A stretch of DNA of 53,437 nt, the filler included, from Sphacelaria rigidula (Eukaryota): the NCBI GenBank assembly GCA_964200075.2. It is 4 parts of 4 records of this genome, joined end to end, with 100 filler letters (N's around TTAATTAATTAA, not from the genome) between each part and the next. Parts side by side here need not be neighbours in the genome. Positions count along the whole stretch, not along the records: positions 1 to 13,285 come from CAXNAA020002992.1; 3 more parts are not named here. One strand, 5' to 3'. How positions within the stretch are numbered: position 1 is the first letter of the stretch; the number at the start of each line of letters is the position of its first letter. Of the stretch, positions 1 to 12,503 are shown piece after piece. The notes beneath the pieces were generated by a model. That model saw nothing but the letters and a program-made list of their open reading frames with translations. It was not told the origin of the DNA and made no database searches. The translations under genes were made by a program, and so were the position numbers.

Positions 1-90
1 GGTCAATGGTCAGACGACTAAGGCAAGCAACAAATGAGTGTGCCCCCCCCCCAAATCTATGTCACTCGTCTCATTAAATATCGCAATAGT

Positions 91-600
91 TCACATAATA
101 CTCATGACATAATTACGATGAAATTCAAAGACCTCTGTGGGCAACACCTTTGTCAAGAAATCAGTATGTTGATATTCTGATCTTACGTGGATAATCGAAA
201 TATCTATCCTCGATACTACTTCCCTGATAACGTGATATCTAACATCGATATGCTTGGAGTTCGAGTTGGTTATGGGATTCTGTGCTAGTTGAATGGCTCC
301 CTGATTGTCCTCGAACAACGGAACACACGGCACTCCAACCTGAGGCAACATAAATTGCCACACCTGTCTGAGAAACATCACCTCCTTCAACACGTCAGTT
401 ATGGCTACGTATTCTGCCTCCGACGTAGATAGCGTTACGCATTTTTGTGTTTTCTGGAGAACCAAGAAACACATCCGCCACCACACATGGTCAGCCCCCC
501 AGATACCGAACGCCTGTCCACCGCTTTACTGGCGTAATCAGCATCAGCAAACGCCTGAAAGCTCAGTCCCTGCAAACTTCCTCTACTGTAGGTAATTCCA
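91..600 (-). pseudogene. Copia RNase H
   Basis: AFADADYA...DRRSVSGG, VTLSTSEAEYVA, FEDNQGAI, SKHIDVRYH, QHTDFLTK. Confidence 0.95.
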
Positions 601-1640
601 AGTGTACTGGTCCGTTTCACATATCCCAAAATACCTATTGCTGCACGCCAATGTAGGATTCTGGGACACGCACAATACCTTGCTACTGCTCGCACTGCAC
701 TAGACATGTCTGGCCGTGTTTGAGTGGCCAACAACATGGGTGATCCCACCAGTTCTCTGAAAGGTAGTTTCGTTGGTTCTTCGTCGTCTCTGAACCCTTC
801 AAGCTTCACACCGGGCCCCATCGGAATACTGTTACCTTCCTCAACATTGAATTTCCGTGCCAACTCTTCTGCAAACGTTTGTTGTGAGATACTCAGCGCC
901 CCACTCTAAAAATCCCTCTCGTAATATAGTCCCGAGTACCACCGCAATTCCCCCAGATTCTTGATCGGTACCATTTTGTTCAGGTCCTCCCCAAATCTAT
1001 CACACCTTTCCACACTTCCTACTGCGATTATGCCATCTACATGTACCACCAACGTAATAGATACTTTTTCCTCCTCCATCAAATGAAAAACGCATGGGTC
1101 CGCCAAACATTGCGTGAACCCAAGACATTTCAACCTTGCTCCCAAGTGATTGTGCCATTGCCTGGACGCTTGTCTGAGACTATAAAGACTCTTGTTCAAT
1201 TCCACGATCTTTCCAGACAGTATCCCACAACCTGAAGGCATTCGCATGAAAACGTTTTCCTCCAACTCCGACTGCGCAAGCTGGTTCCACATCAAAATGA
1301 CGCAGAGAAAGGTCCTGCTCACACGCCAAGGCGGCTAACAAACGAGCACTTGAAATCGCTACAGTTGGCGCATACAATTCACTAAAATTTATATCTGCTC
1401 TTTGCATGTCACCCCTTGCAGCTAGTCTTGATTTCGCTTTGGTAGCCCATATACACTCGTCAGCTTTCCAAGTGTAGACCCATTTCGCGTTAATATAGTT
1501 TTGGTCTAATTGCTACTCGGCTGCATCAACAGCCCCCGTGTCTACAATACCCTGAAACTCTCGAGCCATTGAGTCTATCCACACGTACCCATATTCCGGC
1601 TGCAGAGCTTCAGCATACATCGTAGGTGTCTTCAGGTCCT
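600..1640 (-). pseudogene. Copia reverse transcriptase (RVT_2)
   Basis: WIDSMAREFQG, ELYAPTV...RLLAALA...LRHFDV, LNKSLYSLRQASRQW, DPCVF...LVVHVDGI, FRELVGSPMLLATQTRPD. Frameshifted. Confidence 0.93.
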
Positions 1641-2222
1641 TCACTGGAATCTGCGGAATGTTCGGTGTCGTGCGCGGCGCATGCTCTTCCTTTATGGCGT
1701 CCCTGATGTCCTCTCGTGTTGCCAGCTTCGCGTCTCGGAACGGGATATCCTTCTGCCCCCCTGCAATGTAGTCCTGTTTTCTTTCAACCTCTACTACACT
1801 GCGCGTAAGATGGGCAAACAGCAAGCATTGCTTGTCCAGTTGTGATGATAGGTCCGAGTTTTGATTGATGAGTGATGTCGATGGAGTCCTTCCAGATAAA
1901 TGCTGTGCTGTGGCCAAGCGTGTCCTCCCTGGCTGTCGTGGATCTGTTTCCAGATCAAGTTCCCTGACAACTTTCGGCGGGATCGGTGAAAACGAGAAAT
2001 CCTGGACGTTGGTTGTTGATGGTGGTGGAGATCTTGTTGCCAATTATATTTGTGACGGTGCTTGTGAATTATTGTATAGTGGCGGTGATGCCGGTCACCT
2101 ATGCGGGTGTTGTGGTGAAGTTGAATCGGTATGCGGTTGCTATGTTGTGGGCTGTCGTGGAGGTGGAGAAGTGGGTGATACGGTTGTTGGGCGATGATTT
2201 TTAGATGTGTAAATCGCGGAAA

Positions 2223-2570
2223 GGTCGGAGCGGGAATGGGATGTCTGGATTTTGGGATAGTCGGATGAAAAGGTGTAGATCTCGACATGGTCGGAACGGG
2301 AATGTGGTGTCTGGATTTTGGAATGGTCGGATGAAAAGGTGTAGATCTCGGCATGGTTGGAACGGGAATTGGATGTGTAGTGTCGGCGGCGGGTGTAGGT
2401 GGTAGCCACGGTGATGCGGCAGCGGGAAAAGTTTGGGGTAGGGTTGGTGCGGCGGCGGCATCGGCGGGTGATGCGGCAGCGGGAAAAGGTTGCGGTAGTG
2501 TTGGTGCGGCGGCGGCATCGGTGGGTGATGCGGCACGGGAACAGGTTGCGGTAGTGTTGGTGCGGTGGCG
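2223..2570. repeat. Two adjacent in-frame tandem arrays (66-bp x about 2.3 and 57-bp x about 3) in the integrase-RT linker
   Basis: ggtcgga(g/a)cgggaat-like units at 2223/2289/2355; ggtgatgcggca units at about 2410/2467/2524. Confidence 0.9.
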
Positions 2571-2801
2571 GCGGTGGCGGCGGGATGATTGCCCCCCCCC
2601 CCCGACGTCGGGCGTCGCCGGCTGGAATAAGGGTTGTCGACGTTCTGTCCACACCACATTGTTGGTGTAGCAAGCAGCACCTGTATCGGCCTTGAGAACC
2701 TCAACTGTTGTTGAGAAATGGATGCTGCCGTTGTTGAGGTAGAAGCAGTGCACAACTTGGACGTCCATCTTCGATCTTCGGGTGACGCGCATCATACCGG
2801 G

Positions 2802-3530
2802 CTATAGAAAAGGTACGATTTGGAGAGGTGGCTGTCGGCAGGTGAAGACTTGATATGGAGGCGGCTTGCCGGGGCTGGCCGTAGTTGCGGAGCGGTTGAA
2901 ACCATCAGCTGCCCAGACGGCGGCCTTTAGCCATAGACGATCCAGGTTGCCGCCTAGGTGTGGAATCTCGGCAAAATTGATGTCGGGGAACAGTCGTGAC
3001 GCCTCGCAGCGCGCGGCGTGCCCGGCCTTTATTGTGCGCAAGAATGCGCTTTCGGCGACCGAATTCTGCTTGGGAGTATCAGGCGCGGTGGTCTCGCGGC
3101 GGATGCGGACGTTATCACAGAAGTCGATGAAGTCTTGGGAGAGAAAATCACCACCGTTGTCGATGCGGAGACAGCGCGGGATACCGAAGCGGATGATGTC
3201 AGCGAGGTAGCGTTTTACCATCGCCAAGGCACCCGCATTCTGTGCTAGCCCGTACAGCATGATCAAACGAGATTTACTGTCGACGCAGGCTAACATGTAC
3301 ATGGGCCCTCCCAGAGTACGTGTATGAGGTCCGGTCAAGTCGAGGTGCACGATGTCGAGGACCGTCAGCACGTAAGCTCAAATGCGGAATACCTGCCCGT
3401 CGTCCCTTACTCTCGAAGCGTCCTTCGCACGGTTCCAGTCGCCCGGTGAGAATGATATCTCGTTGTGCGGCAGTAGCTCGAAGGATGGTCTCGTTCGCGT
3501 GGTAGAGGGAGACATGAAAAAAAATGATGT
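2802..3530 (-). pseudogene. Copia GAG-pre-integrase plus integrase core
   Basis: HVSLYHANETILR...LTGRLEPCEG, then VHLDLTGP...CVDSKSR...LRIDNGGDF...ETTAPDTPKQNSVAE (DDE core). Confidence 0.92.
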
Positions 3531-3789
3531 CCATTCGGCTTTGTGGTTTGCCGACCGTGAAGGATCCTCGACTGGGTGCCAGTAATGCAAAAGCCATGCC
3601 TGCTCTCTCTCCCTCACTCAACTCTTCAGGGCTCAAAAAAGGGGGAAACAAATCATGGGGGGAAGTACCGTCTATTCCCAACAGTAACTGCTGATCAGAA
3701 AACATGCTGAGGTCGTATTTTGGTAGCCCGGGAACAACATACAGCCCTGAAGCAATAGTAGTAGAAGTATCATCAATCGTGGGTAGGCG

Positions 3790-3892
3790 GGGGGGAACAC
3801 TTGTAGCACTCGTCTGCGGGGGGACAGGAACAGAACTCGAGGGAACACTCGTGGCACTCTTCTGCGGGGGGACAGGAACAGAACTTGAGGGA
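3790..3892. repeat. 48-bp tandem duplication in the protease-integrase linker
   Basis: tctgcggggggacaggaacagaact at 3813 and 3861. Confidence 0.85.
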
Positions 3893-4167
3893 GTATTACG
3901 AACACTAGCTCCTTGGGGTTCGGAATCAGAAATCGGGGGAATCTCAGTGACGCTTGTTGTGGAGTGGAAATAGGGACCGTGTCTTTGCTGGCCGCAACAA
4001 CAGGCGTAACCAAGGGTATCTGTTCGTAGGTAGACGGGAGGCGTGAGGCATATTGTGATGATGAACGCTTAGTGCAGTCAATCCATGATCTTCCATCGAA
4101 TCAATACACACCTTCTTTATCGCAGATGACTCGTTGACTCTTTTGGGCCTTGTGGATGGAGAATAGA

Positions 4168-4440
4168 TTAGACTGAATTCCATCCAAAACATACACATCC
4201 GTCAGCAATACACACACTGCATCGACACGGGGGGAGTTGTTTGCACGTGCTTGATAAAAAAAATCTCAACTTGAGACTCCCTACAGCCTTAACCGGTAGT
4301 ACCGTACCATCACCCAGAATAACACTCTCGTTCCCCGGCGGAGGAGGGTGAATATCAAAACCATGAGACATGTCTCCAGTGGTATGGTGTGATGCGCCTG
4401 AATCAGCTATCCATATCTCTGCATCAGGAACGGGCACAGA
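4168..4440 (-). pseudogene. Copia aspartic protease
   Basis: WIADSGASHHTTGD...VILGDGTVLPVKAVGSLKL at the end of ORF 4168-5487, preceded by a long His/Gln/Pro-rich spacer. Confidence 0.9.
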
Positions 4441-5206
4441 TCTGGATCGATGCAACATGGCTCTACTCCTGATGTCGGGTTCACTTAAACTAAAAACGGA
4501 TTCCTCTGGCACGCCAAAAAGCGCCATGTACGCACTATTACCAGGGTTATCAGCAAGCGGCAGGTCGGCAATTGAGGTTTGGTGGGGACTTACCGGATGG
4601 GAATATTGGTCGGATGACTCGTGGTAGAGTAACGAGTATGGTGGTGGTGGTGCAGCGGAGGAAGGATCATGGTAGGAGTGGTCTGGCGGTGGAAGTTGTG
4701 ATGGATGATAGGTCTGTTGTGCGGTTGACGAGGAATGGTATTGGGATTGGTTGTTTTCTGAAGACTGTGGTGGATGGTGATAGGATGGTGGAGGTGGTGT
4801 GTAGTGGGGGAGGTGTTCCGTGATTGTGGCAGGCTGCGGCTGCAGTTGATGTTGGGAGGTATGGTATTGTACTGTGTGGGCGTGACCGGCATCGTTGAAA
4901 GTATCGTCCTCGTAGACAAAGTTATCAACGCTCTCATGGTGCTGGTACGGGGGATCAATCTGCTGGACGGTGTTGGCTTGTGGTTGATGGTTGTGGCTTT
5001 GGTGTTGAGGATGCGGGTAATGGGATTGTGATAAGATATGATTGGCTGTGTGGTTGGATTGTTGTCGGTAGCGTGTTGGGCCCGTGTATGTTGGTTGGCG
5101 TTGCTGGGGAATTGGGGGTTGCTGGGCTTCGTGATGCCGCGCGTGGTACTGACGAGGAGGGCAGTTGGGACAATGAAAAGGGCAACGAATTTTGTAGGTT
5201 CGTTGA

Positions 5207-6288
5207 CTAGGTTGGTGTACCCGACCACGGCCTGGTCTCGAATGAGTCCACGGACTGTGTGGTCCCCATGGCTGTTGTCTCGGGGAATACCGTCCCCCTC
5301 GACCACCATGACCACTGCTGATGTGTTGCTGTGAACCATGGTTGGTATGGAAATTGGACTGGTGTCGGTTTGGAGGGATGTGGTGGTTTGTGTTGTGTCG
5401 GATTGCGGGATCTGCGGTTCCCCCCGTTCTGCCATCTGCCAGGTGATCCATGGCCCCTTCCACTAGTCCTAGAAGCGGAAAGTGCATGGTTCAAGGTTGT
5501 TTTTTGCATTTCTTTCAACAATTGCGCTTCTGCATACGCATTTCCTAGCTGGCGGGTTACCTCATCTATGCTTATCTCTCGTAGTGCTAGTAAATTCCTA
5601 CGCTCGTGCTCGTACTCTGATGAAAGATATCGAACAATATGCCTGTTCGCTTCACAGTCCGAGAGAACTACATCGAGTTCTTCGCGCTCCTTACGAATAA
5701 ACTGGGCCCGCGAAAGAAAGTTCATTGACAATTCACTGTCAGCCATCTGCAACGTCTGCCAGTCGTGTTCCAACTTGGCTTTTTTTGTAGTTTCTGGAAT
5801 CCTGTAGTACTGGACGATATAATTCCATGCTTGACTTGAGTTTGCAAGCATATTGATATGCCTTACTGAAGGGGGGAATGTTACTTTATCGAGTATTATC
5901 ATCATAGCCCTTTTGGCTTTGCCGACTGCTTCGTTTCCAAAACTTGCTTGCAAATCCTCGTCATTCTCACGGTGTACCCTGATTGGTTTTCAACTAGCAA
6001 AGCGTCATAGCAGTTTCCATGCTTGAAATAGGCACACATCTGGATGTTGAACACCTCGAACCTATCCCTGACATTGTTAGATGTGGCAACTTTTTCATCC
6101 CAAGGTAGGATGCTTTTGTTGCTGCGAATGCGACGGGAATTGGGGGTTTTAGGGGCGTGGAACGGTGCTTGCTGTGCTGTACTAGCAGGCATCACCGGTG
6201 TGATGTTCATTGTCTGATGCATCCTGTTCATCTGTTCAGTCAGAAATCTCACTTGCTCTTCCATATTGGGGTGTTGATTATCTTCCAT
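5207..6288 (-). pseudogene. Copia gag (UBN2-type) fragments
   Basis: ORFs 5902-6288 and 5207-5953, e.g. AWNYIVQYY...KLEHDWQTLQMADSELSMNFLSRAQ...RHIVRYLSSEYE, resembling copia gag. The two ORFs are frameshifted. Confidence 0.85.
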
Positions 6289-7994
6289 ATTATAACCTAG
6301 TCAAACTATCAGCCTTGCTCAACCTGTACTCAAACCTGAAGACCTTCACACCTCTCTCTCAAATACTCCTCGACCCAAACTCTGCTCTTGCCCAAACTCT
6401 CTCACTTCGACTCAAACTCTCCTCTTGCTCAAACTCTCTCCAATCTCAAACCCCTTTACACCGGCGGTAACTCTTGCGCTAGCGTAATCGACCGCTCTGC
6501 TGCAGGGTAAGCGTAGACACACAATTCAAGTGCGTGAACAGCAGTTGGCATCTTGACTCGGGTAAATAGCAGTGTTCCTGAACACGTTTGTATTATCTCT
6601 TCACTTCGTTTACTCTCCCACACTCCAATCAACCTCAGTCGCACAATAACACACGCTCAATATCCCTCACTCAATACCACACTCGCACAGACTCACCACA
6701 TACAATTACGTTAACCCCCAGAGCGAACCAAGAACCAAGATGGACTAACCGAAGTGGGTGATGGGCAACGCAGCTGCTCGCACTGCTCACGTAACTGTAC
6801 TCGCATAACCTACGTCATTAGACATTATTCCTCTGATTGATTACCAAATCCTCCGCAATTGCAACATGGTACATGCTATTTGTACCGCACTGTATCCTAC
6901 ATCAACGTTGTTCATGGCAGAACGTGAGCATAGTCAATTAAGATTCGTTTACCTCGTATCTAGCACGTTGGGTGTGACCGTATCAGCTCTCTGGTATTGC
7001 CGCTACACGATCATGGGGAAGTGTGCAGATTATGTATCGGACATAAATCTCGTAAGTAGATTCTCGGGCACAGAGTCAACCGGCTTGGTCGGAGCCACTA
7101 CGGTTCAGTACAGAGTACCAACAGGAACGGTCCGGGAATCAGTACTGTAGCCAGTGTTCAGTCGAGCCAGAACGACTCCGCGGCTCTATACTGTAAGCTC
7201 CACAGTTGGGGTTTAGGGCTGAGATTCAGAGAGAGAGAATGTTCAGATAGGGCTGTACACCAGCGGGTGACATCTGAATGAATAATGAAAAGCACGGCGA
7301 TGCAGCACCCCACTCGGGAACAGTAATGGGCGGTCTAACTATTCATTTTGTGGCATTTTGTGATTTTTTCGTAATTGACAATTTCTTGGGCTTTTTTTGC
7401 GTGTCACCCCATATCACATTTGGGATCTTTAGATATTTGTATCCGCTCCACATTCCAAGAAGAAATAATCATCTGTACTCAATATTGAGTGACTTACGGG
7501 CTGACCGGTCCTCGGGGGTCCTGCCACGTTTCAGCCCAGATTCTTACTCTTCTGTATTATCGGTCGGTCGATCAAGCCCGTCCCGATCATTTTATTTGTA
7601 AAAAAATGTAAAGCTTTACTTTTTTTTAATTCTGCCTACTCAGTGCACTAGGGCCGAAAAACTGTGGTTCACGGTCAATAACACCCTCCTGACGGACGGA
7701 GTATTTACTCGTTTCGCCCGATAACACCAACTAAGACTGACTTGGGTACTGTGTTTCAAAGATGATATGTTCTGTTGTACCAAAGGCTACCGACGCTAGC
7801 AATTTCGAGTTCTATCGAAGAGTAGCACGAGAGGAAAACCCCAAACCACCCCTGAATAGTTAAACCGCCCACCACTGTACGTCGTCTGTTCAACCCATCG
7901 AGATCTCTCATGACAACTGCCTTGCTCCGCTATAAAACGGTGCACAGGGAGGAAGCGCTCCACGGCTATACCAAACACCTCACAAGTGCACACG

Positions 7995-8432
7995 TACGAC
8001 TTCTCGGGTCATACAAATCACCATGAAGGGGACTTGTACGACTCACAATGCCGTACAGATCGTTCATCAGGATATGTGTACGGGGCGACCGGGTCCTACA
8101 GGTCACCAACCGAGAATTGTGTATAGGTTAATGGGGTCATACAGATACAGATCAACCACAGATCGCACAGGTCATACGGCTGATCGTCGGGCAGGCTTGC
8201 GGGAGGTACCCGTGCTTCATGAACGCCGGCAATGTACACGTTGAGGACTCGTCCCGGGTATTGTTTGTCAGACGCTGGTAAAACAGCGCCATGATGACTC
8301 ACTCAATTGAGCATATAGCAACATCTTCTTTTTTTGTTCCCGCCGTGCATGAGTGCGCACCCTAAACGAGGAAATACGAAAACAGTCGTTCGAAAACTGC
8401 CGCTGGCACAACTGAACATTCGTCTCATCTAC
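7995..8432 (+). repeat. Dispersed repeat of about 435 bp, copy 1
   Basis: Colinear with 39362-39795, from ctcgggtcat to ctgccgctggcaca(a/g)ctgaacat..cgtctcatctac. Confidence 0.85.
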
Positions 8433-8862
8433 GCAAATCACAACCCTGCAGGTCTCGTGCTATCATCGTGTATGCCCGTCCGACCCAACAACAAACACAT
8501 CGGGCTGCCTTCTGCGGATGTTGACATTGTTGTTGCGCTGCAAATGCTAGCGCTGAGAGGCGAATGGGGGCGGCTGTCATCATCGTGATTCTTGTTGCAA
8601 GAGATGACCTCGCTCCTCAGCTCATGATATATCCCATTCCTTACATACCCACACTGTGTTGAGTATGCAATCAGATCAAATTTCCAAAGCGATACTCGTA
8701 CACGTCACCAATCAGTCCTAGGCGGGGGTTGTGATTCAACGGCAGGGGTGCGCTTTTCATGGGCTTTCACTCATTATGCTAGAACAAAATGATGGGTCAC
8801 ATGCACACAGAACCCGTGCTAGCATTGTTCGTAAAAGCCTAGCTTGTCAGTCCATATTTTTC

Positions 8863-9125
8863 TGCGGCTGGCACTTTCTACGATAGCCCCCCCCCAAAAA
8901 ACCAGCTAAAAGTGTCGCGAAACAAATGGCCATGCAGCGCCTGATGATCGGGTTCAGGCTGCATGAAGCGCCTCACATTGGCGACATTGGCTAGAACGAA
9001 CCCAAGCGTGGGCATTCCCAGCTTCTCGTTGTGCTCGGCTTTTCCCATTTTGATATACGCGAAGATTTCGCCTCCCAAAACCATGCACTTTTTGGGGGGG
9101 GCTATCGTAGAAAGTGTCGGCTGCA
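8863..9125. mobile_element. MITE with TIRs of about 40 bp
   Basis: Left end tgcggctggcactttctacgatagcCn-aaaaa versus right end ttttt-Gn-gctatcgtagaaagtgtcggctgca. Related element at 25601-25839. Confidence 0.8.
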
Positions 9126-9258
9126 CACTAGCTTTGGGGTCGAGAGTTTAGTCATGAACAAATCCCGACAGTGCAGATCCTCGGGGGGGAAAGTAGGGCA
9201 TTTATCATCACCCGTCGCAAAATTCAAAGATCGTGACACGTCAAACGCCATGCGCCGG

Positions 9259-9360
9259 GCCAGGCTAGTACTACGGTGGGGGACCACGCGGGGACCCCCG
9301 TTCGAAGTCAAGTCAAATCAAGGCTCCCCACGTCGTCCCCCACCGTCGTACTAGCCTGGC
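9259..9360. repeat. 102-nt near-perfect hairpin (stem of about 36 bp)
   Basis: gccaggctagtactacggtgggggaccacgcgggga pairs with tccccacgtcgtcccccaccgtcgtactagcctggc with 3 mismatches. Confidence 0.9.
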
Positions 9361-9779
9361 TCAACCCTTGACGTGCAGAGATAAGTGGCCTGGAAGAACG
9401 ATGTGCACATCTGCCGTATACCGACTCGGAGGAAGAAATACACGAGGTTCGTGTTCCATGTGCCCAGGCTGTCACTGTCAACCTACAGACTTGTGAACGA
9501 GCACGATATACCCGGGCCATACAGGCTAGCAGGTGAGAAATACTGCAAAGTTGTAATTGTACACTGGATTCGGATCTTACGGGCACAGTTGATAGCATAC
9601 CTCGGACAGGTCACGATCTATGCCCTCAATGAGCCGATCCGGATCTGTCACGACCTGATCTGTCCGACGTGTACACAAATCAGGCACCCCAGTGGCCACC
9701 CGTGCGTTAACGGTTTGCGGTGTGCTTTTGCATAAACACCATGTGCATAATACACATCTTCCGTGTGTCTTTTGAGGAC

Positions 9780-11270
9780 TCGTTCCTCTTTGGGGCGATC
9801 CTGGCCTCTCACAAACCTAAATAGTGTCATGAACCCCGGATGTAGCAGATAACATGGCCCAGGGCGATGAAATGGCTAACCTCGGTCTTCTCCACATACG
9901 CCGTGCCCTGTCATCAGATCCCGTTACCCATTAGATGCGGGCCAGATTCTTCCCTACGACTCAAGTTTCGGTGGCATGTTTGCCACAGCTTGCGCGAAGG
10001 TCGCTGTTAGCTGGTTGACTTCCTCGTTGCCTCCGGTGATATGCTCCAAGTCACCCCTACGTTGCCCGTTTAGCTGTGCCTGGGGCTGGACATCTTGTAT
10101 TTGATTTTTGCACGGATCGACTGCCCCCTTCAAGGATGGGTCCGACGTGACTATTACAGGAGAAAATTGAGCGTGTATAAGGACACCTAGGACATGCAGC
10201 TGCATGGTTCATTTCGAGAGGCTCAAAGTACTATCAACTGGCATTGACGCCGCTAGTTAAAAATAAACACCCCAGCTCCGTTGCGATAGTCTATGCAAAG
10301 AAGCAGCCGCCGACGCATGGTAATCGACGACATACAGCATATCCTATTTCTTGGAACGGGAGGGATCTCGAGCCTTAGCCTCCGCATAGTCAGAGAAGTG
10401 ATCGCGCGTGCGGAAGAAGGCCTTGTCTCGGCGCTCTACGTAGTCCTGAAAGTCTTTCGTGAACACTGCATGAACAACAACAGGTGCTCGGCGATCGGGA
10501 CGTGAATTTTCAACGAATAAGGCGGCAGTAACAGGGGATATGTTTGGGAGGATTGAGTGGGCGTGCAGAATAATACGATACAGAATAACATCACGGTAAA
10601 AGGTTTCTGAGGAATTTTGCTATAGGAGCCTCTCGATGACAAATATTTGGGACTTGGACGCATTAAGAACCGTTGATGAATGTTTCGCAATTCACGAGCA
10701 CAAGGAATGACGCTTAGTTGCGGATGAAGAAGTACACGCGTACAGGCTCGCCTGCGATGAACACAACGCTTTTGAAGCAAGAAGCTGTTGGCAAAGCACC
10801 CCTAAAATAGTCGAGAGGCAGGCCACAACTCGGCGTTGGTAAGTGATCTGTGCGGTATCTGTGAGAAACACTGTTGTGCCTCTCCTCATTTTAACTTGTA
10901 CGGGGTCATGATTTGCACGGTGATCTACACATCACCCACGGAGAGGTGTCAGTCGCGACAGTCCAGGCACCTTCACTCACACCTGATAACCTTGACGGGA
11001 CATGTCATTTTTCATCATTTGCCTCAAACAGATGGCCACTTTAGGTAGACTTGACACGAGGAGCAGTCCAACCTATTGTAGGGCTGTTGTATAAGAGAGC
11101 TAGCTCACCATGCGCTTGTCTGGTCTCCGAACCCAGGCAACCGGCTGCTCGGCCCTGAAAGCCAATCATAGCCCCCTGAAGTGCGAAGACAAGAGTATTC
11201 CCGAAGTTCATCGATCGTGACGAACGCGAGGAGTCAGAGAAACATCGCGCCACGTTCCATTTTTAGATTT
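9780..11270 (-). pseudogene. Heavily decayed coding relic, possibly a Mutator-like transposase
   Basis: Protein-like fragments across shifting frames: TCPVKV...EGAWTV...HRANHDP (FAR1/WRKY-like C..HxH pattern) and VVVHAVFTKDFQDYVERRDKAFF. Many stops. Confidence 0.25.
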
Positions 11271-11383
11271 CACTTGCCGTTCGAAAAAGTAGCGAACTGC
11301 TTCTATTGAATTGGAGCGGTAATGTAACCATTTGTGTAACGTCTGTCAATGACGAAAGCGAAAAATGTACAAGATGAAGCACA

Positions 11384-12503
11384 CAGTCTGGTTCAGGGTA
11401 AACGCCCAAATTTTATTCGTCATCAGGAACAGAACGCAGAACTGGCCCAACAAAATATGTAGTTGGCGTCATAGTGACCCCCACAGGCAGGCGAGCAGTG
11501 TGGCATGGCCAGCTAGTTTCCTGCGTCCTTTGCCGTGGCGCTGGTGGTGAAAATGCTTCAGGGCCAATCAGGAGCCTTCAAATTGTTTTGAATGAAAATG
11601 CGAATTGCCGACTCAATTTGTACCCAATCTTATCGCGAAGCAAACCTGAGTGGTTGTCATCAAGTAGGGAATCTAACGCACACAACAGATATGAAAAGGG
11701 TATGTGTGGGATCAAGCTCCACCCTATACCGTGTCATTTCGGTGATGATGAGGCTTGGCGTCGTCGGATTTCCACTGATGATATATGCATCGAAGACCAA
11801 GAAAGCATCATGACGTTTTCCTTTGTAACTTCCGTAGAAAAGCTCCGATCATCCACAATCGTGGCAGCTTCACAGAAACGGGTGCTATGAAAGAAAAAAC
11901 GATTGAATAATAGTTCAAACTTTATCCCTTCTCTAAAGGCTTCAGGAAGTTTCGGCGTGAAGACCCTCCAAAGCTGGCTTGCTTCAAATCAAGCGATCAA
12001 AATTTTCTCGTTCCGAGGTATTCCAAGGAACGTTTTGTGAAAGGTTTAGTTACATAACTCGAAAAGCTGATCCCAAACGGTTGATATATGCTCAAGCGCA
12101 CAAGGGAAACATCGGCAGCATACTACAATCAAGTATTGAGCACAATTCCGCGTACATTTGTATGTTTCAACGCACATCCGGGCGAAAAATCACGCGGTTT
12201 GTGCAAATTTGTCCCTGAGATTTTGCACACGGGTGCTCTGAGATATTTAGAAAGGCTATATGAAAGGGGTCCATGTCTTTTTGTTCGCCAGATATCCGGG
12301 GTCCTAGGATGCGTTGTCTTTGAAAAAAACATCGCCTTCTGGGACCCGGGACATCTGGCGAACAAAAGTTGAAATACCCCTTCATTCAGCCTGTCTAAAT
12401 ATTTATGAGTACTCGTGTGCAAAGGATCAGGGTCTGACTGGATAAAAACTGCGTGAGCTTTTGCCAGGGAGTAATTTCCGGTCGTTCACCCTGAACTAGC
12501 CTT
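11384..12503. mobile_element. Non-autonomous TIR DNA transposon of about 1.1 kb, copy 1
   Basis: TIR ctggttcagggtaaac ... gttcaccctgaactag. Colinear with 16709-17787. Internal palindrome at 12178-12468. Confidence 0.85.

Larger units (their letters stand above)
91..6288 (-). mobile_element. Decayed Ty1/copia LTR retrotransposon, internal gag-pol region (copia 1)
   Basis: Copia domain order on the minus strand: gag, protease (WIADSGASHH), GAG-pre-integrase, integrase, RT, RNase H. Split by many frameshifts and stops. A G-run at 43-52 (minus strand) follows pol. LTRs were not confidently located. Confidence 0.95.

Noticed and set aside
2223-2570. CRISPR-like repeat array
   Set aside because: The units are contiguous without unique spacers and lie in frame within copia pol. 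There are no cas genes and the context is eukaryotic.
6714-7272. PBS (minus strand TGGTTCGCTCTGGGGG) and LTR (TG..CA at 7033-7272) for copia 1
   Set aside because: There is no second LTR copy in the contig to confirm boundaries, and I cannot match the PBS to a tRNA.
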